A stretch of DNA of 63,727 nucleotides, filler included. It is 10 parts of 10 records of this genome, joined end to end, with 100 filler letters (N's around TTAATTAATTAA, not from the genome) between each part and the next. Parts side by side here need not be neighbours in the genome. Positions count along the whole stretch, not along the records: positions 46,284 to 56,590 come from SRR15195285_1064; positions 56,691 to 60,373 come from SRR15195285_1066; 8 more parts are not named here. One strand, written 5' to 3'. The translations under genes were made by a program, and so were the position numbers. Below, in pieces: positions 46,284 through 56,691 of the stretch. How positions within the stretch are numbered: the first letter of the stretch is position 1; each line of letters starts with the position of its first letter. Below the pieces are notes generated by a model. The model ran no database searches. It worked only from the letters and a program-made list of their open reading frames with translations, and was not told the DNA's origin.

Positions 46284-49200
46284 GTCGCCGAGCTAGATGG
46301 CAACACTGCACTACGGTGCAACTCGCCGTTGCCCTCGGGCCAGCCGGTCAACTTTTACTGTCGATTGGCTTGCGGTACCTGCGTTGACAAGCTTACTCCC
46401 GCTGACAAAGATGTGATCAACGAACTTGATGAGGTGCTGTCAGTGTACGTGATTCCTGAGTTTTTCACGGAGACGGCAGGTCCGAATGAATTCGATTCAT
46501 CGACTTCATACGTCACTGCCGTGGGCAACTTGACCGCAGGCGTGCCGTACGTGCTGGAAATCAACAGTCTCGATGGCCTCGGCCATCCATATGCACTGGA
46601 AGATGGAATTGACCTTAATGCAGCGCTTGAGGTGTATGGGGATGATATGAAGACCTACGATGTGCAACCTACTGCCAACACAGGGGTTTACACTGCAACG
46701 ATTGTGATCGAGAGCCTGGGCGAAAAACGCGTATCCATTATGTCGTCTTACGGAACTGCGGCTGATCGGCCGGAGGTATCTCTGCTAACAGGTTTCCTGG
46801 GCCAAGACCCCGCTGTTGAGATGACCCCGCTCTTACTGACCGTGGTTGCAGCGGAACTGAGCGCTCGCTTCAGTCTGTTGAGCGGCCCCGGTGTTGTGAT
46901 GGCTCAAGAAGGTCGTGAGTCTGAGGTCACCGGTGGCAACATCATTTACATCACAGCACGCGATAAGTTCGGGAACCCACGTACCATGGGGACGGACATG
47001 TTCGCTATGGACTCGTTGTTTGAAGGCACTTTTTCAGCAACTATCGATTACTTCCAGGAGGCCCGACGTACGCAGTATGGCCTCCTGGATGTGGAACATC
47101 GCGACGGATGCAAACTCGAGGAGGACTACGCTGCTGGCGAAGAGTGCGACTACGCAACTTACACCGTTCGTTTCTGGTGGCTGGCGCAGTACGCTCAATC
47201 GTACGAGATCTGCCCGCGGGATGATGCATTCGCGGAACCAGATGAAACGTTCAGCTGTGTCAATCGCCAACCTCCGGACGGATTCGAGAGCTGGGGACAG
47301 TACGAAGAGGATGATCGTGTAGTTGGATCACCCCAAATTTTCATGCGCCCGAACGAAGGTTCACCGTTTACCCTCCCGTCAGGATCTTCGTGCGTTTGTC
47401 TCAACGATCTCAGCGACGATACCGCTTGTGGGCTGCGTCGGGGTGTGGCTGGCGCAGTGTCAAGCTTTACGATTGAGGCGAAGAATGACATGGGCTTCCC
47501 GAACTATCGTGGTCGCGACGAGTACACAATGGCCATAATCAACGGGCCGGCACCCATTCCAGACTACACTGTCACGTACGTGCGCGTCAATTTCTACGAG
47601 GTGCAGTATACACCTGTAGAGGCAGGAGACTACAACATCCAGCTGTACCTCAACGGCAAGCAAGGTTTGACTGATACTGAGCTGCCGTTAGATGCTTCTA
47701 TCGACCCGAACGGGTTCGTCAATAATTATGATCCGGAAAACCCCAGTACAGAAGTAGGCTACACAAACCCACCGTACTTGTTCTGCTATGACCAGCTGAT
47801 GGCGAATCCTGTCGTAGTCTCCCCAGCGCCTGCTTCATCCTCCACATCAACGATGACATTCGACGAAAGCCCGATTCCAGCCCAATTCTCCGCGGGCACT
47901 GGGCTGACTATAACGATGTCATTCAAGGATTCGTTCAACAACTCGCGGGAGATTGACGTCGACAGGGATGCAATCGTCTGGGTCGAGAACCTCGCAGAGG
48001 GCTCTTGCGAGTCGCAGGCTGTGTCTGAATATCAACCTTGTTCCATGCTGCCGCAGACTAGTGAATCTGGCTGCGTCTGCACCGGTACACTTACGGCAGC
48101 AGCCAGCCTTGGTGAGTATGAGGTGGTTGTTGTCCGCGAGACAGCTGGGGTGTACAGGATTTCCGGGATCCTCCTCAACGACGACTTCGACGAAGGGGTT
48201 GACACCAACGTTCAGAACAGCCCAGTAGAGGCGACACTTCAACCCGGCGGCATGGATGGAAGCAAGACGCTGATGCTAGGCCTTATCCAAGAGTCAGACA
48301 TCTCAGCAAACCCAGACGGTAAGTTGTCTTATGGCAATGACGATGTTGGAACACCAGCGGCATCCGTTTCGCTCGGAGTTGTTCCGCTGCAAACTCTGAC
48401 GTTCCAAGCAGTTGACTCGTACATGAACCCTGTCCCGCAAAGTTTCAATGTGGACGTTGCATTCGAGGCACAAGATGGGGCTCAAGCAATGAATGTGCTC
48501 AGAAGCGCGGACGGAAGCACCCTGCCAGGATCCGTTGGTGAAGGCTCTGGCCAATTCGAGGTATCGTTCGAGCCAAATGCTGTTGGCCTGTACGAGCTTA
48601 CTATATCTGTAGAACCAGTGCAAACGTCAGCTGGCGGTGCTCAAGGCCAAACGTTCGACGTCGGCCCGTTCACGCTGGAGTATCGCCCTGGTCAAGCGGT
48701 GCCGGAGTCAAGCTCGGTGACTGGCTCAGGTCTGCTAGGCGCTACTGCGGGCGATATCGCAGTCTTCACGATCGTTCTGCGGGACCAGTTCGGCAACGAA
48801 CGGGAAGCGCCAGGCGTGTGTGATGAGGATGACTGCACTCCTACTGATCATGTAGAAATATCGATCGAATCGTTCTTGCTCTGCTACGCAGCTGGGCTGA
48901 CAGGTGACAGCTGCGACGACAAGGTGACGTTCAACAGCGCAGACGATCCACTCCCGCCGGAGGTGGCTGTAGACTCGAAATACGGCTGGATTGAGTACGG
49001 CCCCGCCATGAATCCACCGGAAGGAGGCGGCACATACCACGTTCATTACTACATTGAGGAGTCCGCGTTTTTCCAGCAGTATATCACGATCAACGGTGAG
49101 CTGTTTGAAACATTCGGTGGGGCTGGCTCCATCGATAATGGTGGTACTTTGTATGTCGCATATGGGCCGAACGACAGCCCACAGGTGTGGGGCTATGAGG

Positions 49201-52200
49201 CCCACGAGGGCACGACCGTTTTAGGAAGCGCGGGCGAGATGAACGAGTTCTACCTGCAGCTCAAGGACGCGTATGGCAACAACCGTACTGAGCACGACGC
49301 TGAAATCGATTTGGCACTCCGCGACGTCAGCAGCAACGAACTCGAAGACGCTGATTTTACACAGGTTGAACCTGTGGGTGAAATGGGGCTTTATCGAATC
49401 CAACTTCAAATGACTGTGGCAAGTGTCTTCTATATGGAACTCAACGTCCGCAACATTAACGATCCTGAGTCAGAATTGTTCCCCCCGGTGGTGGACTACT
49501 TCAACTCGGCGCTAGGCATCCGCTACCAGGTCATCGCGGGTCCAGCGGTTGGCGCAAAATGCGGATCGAATCCTCCAGCATTGATGAACGCTGGCGAACC
49601 AGCAGAATTCTACATCGAGTTGTACGACTTTTTTGGCAACCGCAACGTGCGTGATTCCGACCTCACCTTCGTGATCGCCATGCAATCGAGCACTGCAGGG
49701 ATCGTTGCAGGGGCTTACGTCTGGGACGACACTGAACAACGCTACGACTGCATCTTGGAACCGACTAGAGCGGGTGTGTACGGGCTGCAGATTGCAATTC
49801 AAAAGGCCGTGCTGGAGACCGTCTTGATCGGAGAACACACCGAAGACGGCCGGCCAGCAGAGATCCAGGTGACGGTCCAGGCAGGTACGGTGGATGTGAG
49901 CCAAACGACTGTCAGCGGACTTGGCGCAGTGCGGACGGCGCCATGCACGGCCGCTCAGATTGGGATTGACGACCACAACGACGAGAACTTTTGTCAAAGG
50001 TCGGAAATTGTCATGCGTTTGCACGACGAGTATGGCAACCCTATCCCGAAGTCACGCATCGATCATGATGCCGACGTTGACGGCATCTCGCCGTACCGCT
50101 CATTTGTTGCGTTGGAGATCTGGGATCCCGCCATGCAGAATGACCTAGGCTGCGGGAACCCCACAAACACAGGTAACAGTATCCCAATGCCTGGCGGGCG
50201 TTGTAGCGACGATACCATCTGCGTCGTGGAGGGCGAACGTGACGGTGACATCCTTGTGTCATATCAGCTTAGGTACACGCGCGACTTCATGGACGCAATC
50301 CCACTTGGGTGTGCTGATGACCCTAATCAGGACTGTGAATCTCCTGCAATTCAAGGCACCATCTGCAATGGCGCTGATGCTGCCGCTGACACGAATCCCG
50401 TGGACTACGCTGATCGCGAATTGGAGTATCACCTAAGGATGCGATTCTGTGAAATTAAGACCAGCTGTGCGGTAAGCGACGACGCCGCGCAGGGCACTAC
50501 TGACGAGACATGTGCAGTATTCACAGCCTCTGAATCTGACTGTCAACTGGAGCCAAACTGCCAGTGGGTTGCGGACGAAGCTGGGTCTTGCGAAGGCGAT
50601 GGGCAGTGTGACCAGAGCTATCTCCAGAACTCCCTCTCGTGTGGCAGAAGTGAAGGCTGCACGTGGACGCCTGACGTGGCACTATGTGGAAATGTTCCCA
50701 CGCCAGCCGGCGACGAATTTTTCCGTCTGAAGGTCGGTGTGTATATCGCACCGACTCACCGCCCGTTCCTCGTCAGCGCGACAGGGGAAGACCCCGATCT
50801 CCCTGATCCGATCATTGTAATGGCGGGCCGCACTCGCTCTATTTTCTTCCAGAACGTCTTCAGGGCAGGATCTCCTGGCTGTGAAGACTGTGCTGATACC
50901 GACGCCCGGAAAGATGAGGACGGAGACGGCGTATTCGAAATCAATCCGCCTAGCTGCCGAACCCAGTCAACCCCAACGTGCGGATGTATTCCTTGCGATG
51001 AACTCGTGGAACTGAACACTCAGTCACAGGTGGAGCCAGGCTTTGATGTACCGGTTTTCTCCGCCCACGCGTTTGACGTTCTCGAAGATGGCTCTCGCGG
51101 CGAGCTGATCGAGTTTGTTGTGCCTGAAGGCGATACAGCACCCTGGGTGACTATGACTCACACAAACCGACTTGCGTGGGGCCGCTGGGAGGCCGAGTTT
51201 GCAATCAACGGTGCTGGGAAGTACCGCATCGACCTAGCTTTGGACGACGAAGTGTTCTCTACATTCAATATGACAGTCAGGCCAACAGTTGCAGCCGCTG
51301 AGGTTACACAGGTGCTCAACTCTGGAGTGCAGTTGCCAGGAGACGCTAGCATGTTCGACGAGAACTCAGAGTCAGGCCAAGCCGCGCGGACGAACTTCAT
51401 GGCTGGTATATCGAGCATGTTCGGTGTTTCGGGAGATAGCGTGCGGATTGTCGGTGTTCGCGGAAGAGGTGATGAAGGCCGTCGTCTACAAGACGCGGAC
51501 TTTTCCGATGGATCTGTCGTAATTTCATACGAGATCCGTGTCGTTTCGCCTGCACTCAATGAAACTGCCGTACAGACGAGCCGCATTGCTGACATAATGA
51601 GCAGCTCTGACTGCTCAACCAATCTGGCGAGACACATCGGTTCTGATGTTGTCGCAGTGGATGCTCTGCTCCTTGGAGAGCCTGAATCGACAGTATCAAG
51701 TGCACGTGCTCATTTGTCGGGGGATGGTATCACTAGCACTGCGGTGGACGGCCAACTCCATTCTTTTATCATAACGTTGTTTGACGAGTATGGCAACGTT
51801 GATGCCGCAGACTCGAACGAAGTTGCGCTGGACCAGAAGAGTGATGGCATGGCTGTCCAAAGCATCCGCTTTGACACGACACTGAAAGCATATGTAGTAG
51901 AATACACTGTTGAATCATGCCCAGGATCGCTGGAGTTCTCCGTGCTCGTCAACAGTGACCACATTGATAACACAGTGTACAGCATTCCGTGCATTGCGGA
52001 TGACGCAAGCGGAGAGCACTCAATTGCGACATCCAGGTCAGCTGGCCAGGTCGATGAGGTGGCTCTTCTCACTGCTGGTGAAACGGAGGAAATATACATC
52101 GCGCTACTGGATGCGAGAGGCACCCCACGGACAAGCGGTGGCGATGCATCGCGCATTGTCGTAGATGTCACTGCACCCGATGGCACTGCATGCGAGGATT

Positions 52201-55200
52201 GCTCCTTGCACAAGGCTGACATGACTAATGGCCAGTACAAGATTTCGTACTCGGTCAAGCAGGTGGGCGAGTACTCCATTGGTGTCAGCGTGGCGAATGC
52301 AGATGGAGTTGCGACTGCAATTCAGCAAAGTCCGTTTGTTACTATCGTATCGGCCGGTCAGGTTGATGCAAGACAATGCAAGACAGAGGTCAGCGATACG
52401 CAGGTCAATGTAGGCGAATGGATTACTGTGACAACCGTAGCCCAGGACAGGCACGGAAACATCATTGAGTTGCTGGATACGGACGCCACGTTTGTAGTGC
52501 TCCCGTCCAGCCTCGAGCATGATGCTGCTCACTCTACTCCATTTGCCATTCGGGTGCGGTCTATGTCAGCTGGTGAAGTACCACTTTCTGTACACTACCG
52601 CGGACCCGATGGCATGACTCAGGCTGTCGGGGAACCCACATCTGTCACCTTCCTCCCAGGAGAAGCGTCCCTGGAACACAGCTCGATTGTTGTCGGCAGT
52701 GCGTTTGTAAACAAATGCACCGTTGGTGAGGACTCTGACATCGTGATACAACTAACGGACTCTGCAGGCAACCCTACCTCTTTCCCTGGACAGATTTCCG
52801 TTGCAGTGCAGCGATGTGAGGCTGAAACCTGTGAGTCGATGTTCGGCGATATCACTGAAGGCAGTGCCCTAGTCGTTGGTACCAAGCTGCATCTAACATA
52901 CCGCACACCAACCACAGGCTACTATCAGCTCCGAGTTACTGACACGAAAGGCACTGACGTGCAATTTTCTAGCTTCTCGACACCGACGATTGTAATGTCT
53001 GATGCAGATACGATCGCTTCTGCGTGCGTTGCCACTGGAGACGGGATCGCACAAGCCGCCGTAGGCGAGCCTGCTACTTTCATCGTACAGACGCACAGCA
53101 TGTCGGCGACGCACGCACGGTTTGCTGTTGCTGCCTCCGACGCTGTGCTTATGGAAGTCGGACAGAAATACGTCGGCAATGGAGCCTACGCAGTTACATA
53201 CATCGCTGTGGCATCGGATCACTCCGCCGCCGACTGGACGTTCAAGCTGTCTGTCAGCCTTCACGGCGAACACATTAGCGGCAGCCCATTTGCGGCCCGA
53301 ATGTACGCTGGACCGGCGGTCCAAGCTGTCCTGGATGAATCACGGTCGATGCTTGTCGCTTCTGCTGGGCAGCAGACTTCATTGTTTGTCCACACTGTAG
53401 ACATCCAAGGAAATTTTGTGGCCACGTGCACAGAGCACGCACTATCTACTACTCTGTCTTCGGGCAAGATGGCAACTTTACCTCAACCGGTGAAATGTCA
53501 AAACGGACTGTACGAATTTCATTACTCTATCGGCACCGTCGGTCAGTACGATTTGTTCCTGGACTACAATGGCGCCAGGGTCGACTCCTTGCACGATGTT
53601 ACGATCAAATCGGCCACAGTAAGCGCAGGTCACTCTTTTGCGACGGCTGACACGTCAACTTTGTCCCGTGTGTTCACCAGCGCGATTGCCGGCGAGGCCA
53701 CTTCGATCTTCCTCAACATGCGCGACAGCTTTAGCAATCCGCTGACTCAGCCTTTGTGCAACGACGAGACAACGGACTGCGTGACGGTCGAATTGCGCTG
53801 GTGCCAGACTGTAGGAACACACCAAAGAACGCTGGATTCTGCTGCTATTGACACCTGCCACAAAATGCCCGCATCCAGCGCAGATGTCTCGATTGCATCA
53901 GTCGACGATAGCACGTATGCCGTGCTCACAACACTGGATCGCTCCGGCCTTTACTTGGTTACAATTGTCATCCACAGTGACACAGGAGTTGACGCTGTTT
54001 CCAACTCTGGATTCACTCTCAGTGTGTCAGCACCTGAGGATAGCTACACGGTGTCGCCCCATACATGTTCTGGCGATAATTGTTACTGCAAACCTGGATA
54101 CGAGAAGATCGATGCCGCATCGAGTGATGCGGAGACTCTTTGTTCGCTGTGCCCTCAAGGAACGTACAAGACAGGCTATTCCAATGATGCCGTATGCACC
54201 GCCTGCCCGTCTACTACCTCTACGGCCGTTGACATTGGCACGAGCGTTGACGCGTGCCAATGCTCAAGTGGCTTCTACAATACCCACCATACTGTTGTCC
54301 AGTGCGTCGAGCAGGATTGGACTGACCAGGGTGGACTTAGTGCGAGTGCCGAGGACCTGTGCTCTCCATGCCCAGCTTGCGCTGTGTGCCACACCGATGG
54401 TACAGTAGCCGTTCGCGAGGGCTACTGGTCCTTCCCGACCGACACTGTTGACGTCATCACTGCATACAAGTGCTCATCAGAATCTGGAGAGATGTGCTCG
54501 GGCGGTCTGGTATCGAGTGATGCCACACTGTGTGCAGAAGGATCTGAAGGAATCACTTGCTCTGTTTGCAAGCCTGGCTACACACGTACAGACCAGGGCT
54601 GCGAGAGCTGTGACAGCTTGTACGGCGAGACCACTGCAATGGACGCGCAAGACGTAGTGCTGGTTGTATCGCTAGTCACGGTCGCACTCTTCATGTGTTT
54701 TGTCATGATGAAGCAGGCGAAGGCAGAAGATGTGCTAAAGCTGAAAATTTTGATTGGGTTCGGCCAAGTCATCCAGTCGTTTGCCTCCACCTACGCTGTG
54801 CAATGGCCGGAAAACTTGCGTGCTTTTATCAATATGTTCACACTTTTGAGTTTTGACATTCTGTCCTTTGGGCACGCAGACTGCAGTGACAGTACGCGGT
54901 GGGCAAGCAGCTTCTATGCTAGGTTTGCCGTCACAGTACTGATGCCAATTGCCTTTGGCGTCCTGATCTGGGTCTGCTGGAAGCTTCAAATGAAAACGTC
55001 TCATGATCGTCGCGCTCGCGTCGGAGCGACGTCACCGCTCGAACAGAAGATCGGAGACATCGAGATCAGCGGCCAGTGGGCATCACGAGGCTTCTTCATC
55101 CTAATCCTGACGTACTTGCAGGTGTCGACGACTATTTTGGAGGTATTCAAGTGCCGACAGTTTGAACCTTCTGACAGTGGTGAGACTCGTCTGCTTTTGG

Positions 55201-56213
55201 CGGCCGACCCAACCATTGCCTGTGATGGTAGTGGCTACATGGGCTTAAAGATCGCGGCAATCTTTGGTGCTTTCCTGTACCCGATTGGTGTGCCCGCATT
55301 TTTCGTCCTCCTGCTATGGCGCGAGCGCAAGAACATCCATGATTCTGTAAACCAGAAGAAGTACGGCTTCTTGTTTGGCGACTATGTTGCTGTGTACTTC
55401 CTCTGGGAGGTATGGGACCTGGGACGTAAACTGGCGCTATCAGGAGCTCTCATCTTCTTCAACAAGGGAAGCGTGTCTCAGCTACTCGTTGCGATGGTGA
55501 TCGCGCTGTTTGCACTAGAGCTGCAGCTCCGCATGATGCCATACAAGAGTCTGATGGCCAACATCATTCAAGTCGCGGCCTTCAATGCTATTCTGCTCAA
55601 TCTTGTCGGCGCCATGCTGCTCAAGGTCGACTTCCACCCTGAAGACTACGGTCTCGGAGAGACCTTCGCTGACGGTTTCTTGATTCTCATTAATCTCACA
55701 GTGCCTGTCCTGGTACTTTTCACCCTGGCATTCTCTATGGGCCAGGATCTGTACCTCTACACTGTAGGGCAGTTGGTCCAAGGCGGATTTACGGGACGCT
55801 CACGCAAGGCTCTGTTGGAAGCTATTGCACAGCGCCAACACAGCCAGTCCATCGTTGCCAAGGACCTTGCCGAAGAAGCCCAGCAGGATGACGGTCTCAG
55901 TTACGGCGCCGATCTTAGTGCCGAGTCAACTGAGGTTTCTCGCCGCCGACAGGCATACAAATATGCCGAAGCTTCGCTCAAGCAGGCAGAAGCTGAGCTT
56001 GACGACAAACGTGAGTGGTACCGGTTTGTCCAGAACCATACCCAGAACGCGGCAGAGTTCCATGAGATGTGTCAGTCTGAGACTCCGCAAAGCTACAGAC
56101 GCCTGCTTGGGATTGTCGCTGCCGAAGGATCGGCGGCGACGAGTGGTAGTAAGCACGAGGCAAGCGAGGACACTGCATTGTCGACCCCGAATCCGATGGC
56201 TGATGCTGAATGA
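46284..56213 (+). CDS. Giant cell-surface protein, 5'-truncated: filamin/Ig-like repeats, SEA-like domain, TNFR/ephrin-receptor-like Cys repeats and C-terminal multi-pass TM domain
   Basis: Uninterrupted ORF of more than 3300 codons. Filamin motifs (ARDKFGN, LRDQFGN, LKDAYGN, YTPVEAGDY, HISGSPF); CPQGTYK..CTACP. TM region LKILIGFGQV..VQWP..FKC..LAADPTIAC..YGFLF..WEVWDLGRK..MPY. Confidence 0.9.
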   Translation, partial: VAELDGNTALRCNSPLPSGQPVNFYCRLACGTCVDKLTPADKDVINELDEVLSVYVIPEFFTETAGPNEFDSSTSYVTAVGNLTAGVPYVLEINSLDGLGHPYALEDGIDLNAALEVYGDDMKTYDVQPTANTGVYTATIVIESLGEKRVSIMSSYGTAADRPEVSLLTGFLGQDPAVEMTPLLLTVVAAELSARFSLLSGPGVVMAQEGRESEVTGGNIIYITARDKFGNPRTMGTDMFAMDSLFEGTFSATIDYFQEARRTQYGLLDVEHRDGCKLEEDYAAGEECDYATYTVRFWWLAQYAQSYEICPRDDAFAEPDETFSCVNRQPPDGFESWGQYEEDDRVVGSPQIFMRPNEGSPFTLPSGSSCVCLNDLSDDTACGLRRGVAGAVSSFTIEAKNDMGFPNYRGRDEYTMAIINGPAPIPDYTVTYVRVNFYEVQYTPVEAGDYNIQLYLNGKQGLTDTELPLDASIDPNGFVNNYDPENPSTEVGYTNPPYLFCYDQLMANPVVVSPAPASSSTSTMTFDESPIPAQFSAGTGLTITMSFKDSFNNSREIDVDRDAIVWVENLAEGSCESQAVSEYQPCSMLPQTSESGCVCTGTLTAAASLGEYEVVVVRETAGVYRISGILLNDDFDEGVDTNVQNSPVEATLQPGGMDGSKTLMLGLIQESDISANPDGKLSYGNDDVGTPAASVSLGVVPLQTLTFQAVDSYMNPVPQSFNVDVAFEAQDGAQAMNVLRSADGSTLPGSVGEGSGQFEVSFEPNAVGLYELTISVEPVQTSAGGAQGQTFDVGPFTLEYRPGQAVPESSSVTGSGLLGATAGDIAVFTIVLRDQFGNEREAPGVCDEDDCTPTDHVEISIESFLLCYAAGLTGDSCDDKVTFNSADDPLPPEVAVDSKYGWIEYGPAMNPPEGGGTYHVHYYIEESAFFQQYITINGELFETFGGAGSIDNGGTLYVAYGPNDSPQVWGYEAHEGTTVLGSAGEMNEFYLQLKDAYGNNRTEHDAEIDLALRDVSSNELEDADFTQVEPVGEMGLYRIQLQMTVASVFYMELNVRNINDPESELFPPVVDYFNSALGIRYQVIAGPAVGAKCGSNPPALMNAGEPAEFYIELYDFFGNRNVRDSDLTFVIAMQSSTAGIVAGAYVWDDTEQRYDCILEPTRAGVYGLQIAIQKAVLETVLIGEHTEDGRPAEIQVTVQAGTVDVSQTTVSGLGAVRTAPCTAAQIGIDDHNDENFCQRSEIVMRLHDEYGNPIPKSRIDHDADVDGISPYRSFVALEIWDPAMQNDLGCGNPTNTGNSIPMPGGRCSDDTICVVEGERDGDILVSYQLRYTRDFMDAIPLGCADDPNQDCESPAIQGTICNGADAAADTNPVDYADRELEYHLRMRFCEIKTSCAVSDDAAQGTTDETCAVFTASESDCQLEPNCQWVADEAGSCEGDGQCDQSYLQNSLSCGRSEGCTWTPDVALCGNVPTPAGDEFFRLKVGVYIAPTHRPFLVSATGEDPDLPDPIIVMAGRTRSIFFQNVFRAGSPGCEDCADTDARKDEDGDGVFEINPPSCRTQSTPTCGCIPCDELVELNTQSQVEPGFDVPVFSAHAFDVLEDGSRGELIEFVVPEGDTAPWVTMTHTNRLAWGRWEAEFAINGAGKYRIDLALDDEVFSTFNMTVRPTVAAAEVTQVLNSGVQLPGDASMFDENSESGQAARTNFMAGISSMFGVSGDSVRIVGVRGRGDEGRRLQDADFSDGSVVISYEIRVVSPALNETAVQTSRIADIMSSSDCSTNLARHIGSDVVAVDALLLGEPESTVSSARAHLSGDGITSTAVDGQLHSFIITLFDEYGNVDAADSNEVALDQKSDGMAVQSIRFDTTLKAYVVEYTVESCPGSLEFSVLVNSDHIDNTVYSIPCIADDASGEHSIATSRSAGQVDEVALLTAGETEEIYIALLDARGTPRTSGGDASRIVVDVTAPDGTACEDCSLHKADMTNGQYKISYSVKQVGEYSIGVSVANADGVATAIQQSPFVTIVSAGQVDARQCKTEVSDTQVNVGEWITVTTVAQDRHGNIIELLDTDATFVVLPSSLEHDAAHSTPFAIRVRSMSAGEVPLSVHYRGPDGMTQAVGEPTSVTFLPGEASLEHSSIVVGSAFVNKCTVGEDSDIVIQLTDSAGNPTSFPGQISVAVQRCEAETCESMFGDITEGSALVVGTKLHLTYRTPTTGYYQLRVTDTKGTDVQFSSFSTPTIVMSDADTIASACVATGDGIAQAAVGEPATFIVQTHSMSATHARFAVAASDAVLMEVGQKYVGNGAYAVTYIAVASDHSAADWTFKLSVSLHGEHISGSPFAARMYAGPAVQAVLDESRSMLVASAGQQTSLFVHTVDIQGNFVATCTEHALSTTLSSGKMATLPQPVKCQNGLYEFHYSIGTVGQYDLFLDYNGARVDSLHDVTIKSATVSAGHSFATADTSTLSRVFTSAIAGEATSIFLNMRDSFSNPLTQPLCNDETTDCVTVELRWCQTVGTHQRTLDSAAIDTCHKMPASSADVSIASVDDSTYAVLTTLDRSGLYLVTIVIHSDTGVDAVSNSGFTLSVSAPEDSYTVSPHTCSGDNCYCKPGYEKIDAASSDAETLCSLCPQGTYKTGYSNDAVCTACPSTTSTAVDIGTSVDACQCSSGFYNTHHTVVQCVEQDWTDQGGLSASAEDLCSPCPACAVCHTDGTVAVREGYWSFPTDTVDVITAYKCSSESGEMCSGGLVSSDATLCAEGSEGITCSVCKPGYTRTDQGCESCDSLYGETTAMDAQDVVLVVSLVTVALFMCFVMMKQAKAEDVLKLKILIGFGQVIQSFASTYAVQWPENLRAFINMFTLLSFDILSFGHADCSDSTRWASSFYARFAVTVLMPIAFGVLIWVCWKLQMKTSHDRRARVGATSPLEQKIGDIEISGQWASRGFFILILTYLQVSTTILEVFKCRQFEPSDSGETRLLLAADPTIACDGSGYMGLKIAAIFGAFLYPIGVPAFFVLLLWRERKNIHDSVNQKKYGFLFGDYVAVYFLWEVWDLGRKLALSGALIFFNKGSVSQLLVAMVIALFALELQLRMMPYKSLMANIIQVAAFNAILLNLVGAMLLKVDFHPEDYGLGETFADGFLILINLTVPVLVLFTLAFSMGQDLYLYTVGQLVQGGFTGRSRKALLEAIAQRQHSQSIVAKDLAEEAQQDDGLSYGADLSAESTEVSRRRQAYKYAEASLKQAEAELDDKREWYRFVQNHTQNAAEFHEMCQSETPQSYRRLLGIVAAEGSAATSGSKHEASEDTALSTPNPMADAE

Positions 56214-56590
56214 CGCCATTGCTGCATCTTGGTTGGGATATGGAACTGCTGATAAAATAGGGATACATCCTTGACCAGGTCACACAGCTGACGCACGCTT
56301 GTCGTGGGTAGCGTACAGCGCAGCAGGACGCAAGGACGCATGTTAGTAGCAAGTAAACCTGGTTGTATAATTGTTTTACTCTGTGCACTCTACTAGATCA
56401 GACCTACTCTAGACGAGTAGTACCTGCAATTGCACACATGTACCGGTAGGTCAAATTTCATATTTGGGAGGAATCTATCGAATGCGAATCACGCATGTAG
56501 CCCCTAGGGGCGAAATGGATTTCCAGTACCGGTCATCTGCACGATTCAGAGAGCGGCGCACGCCACATGAATCCGTTTTAAAACGGATTC

Positions 56591-56690
56591 NNNNNNNNNN
56601 NNNNNNNNNNNNNNNNNNNNNNNNNNNNNNNNNNTTAATTAATTAANNNNNNNNNNNNNNNNNNNNNNNNNNNNNNNNNNNNNNNNNNNN
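56591..56690. other. Artificial contig spacer
   Basis: N44-TTAATTAATTAA-N44. Confidence 0.99.
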
Positions 56691-56691
56691 C

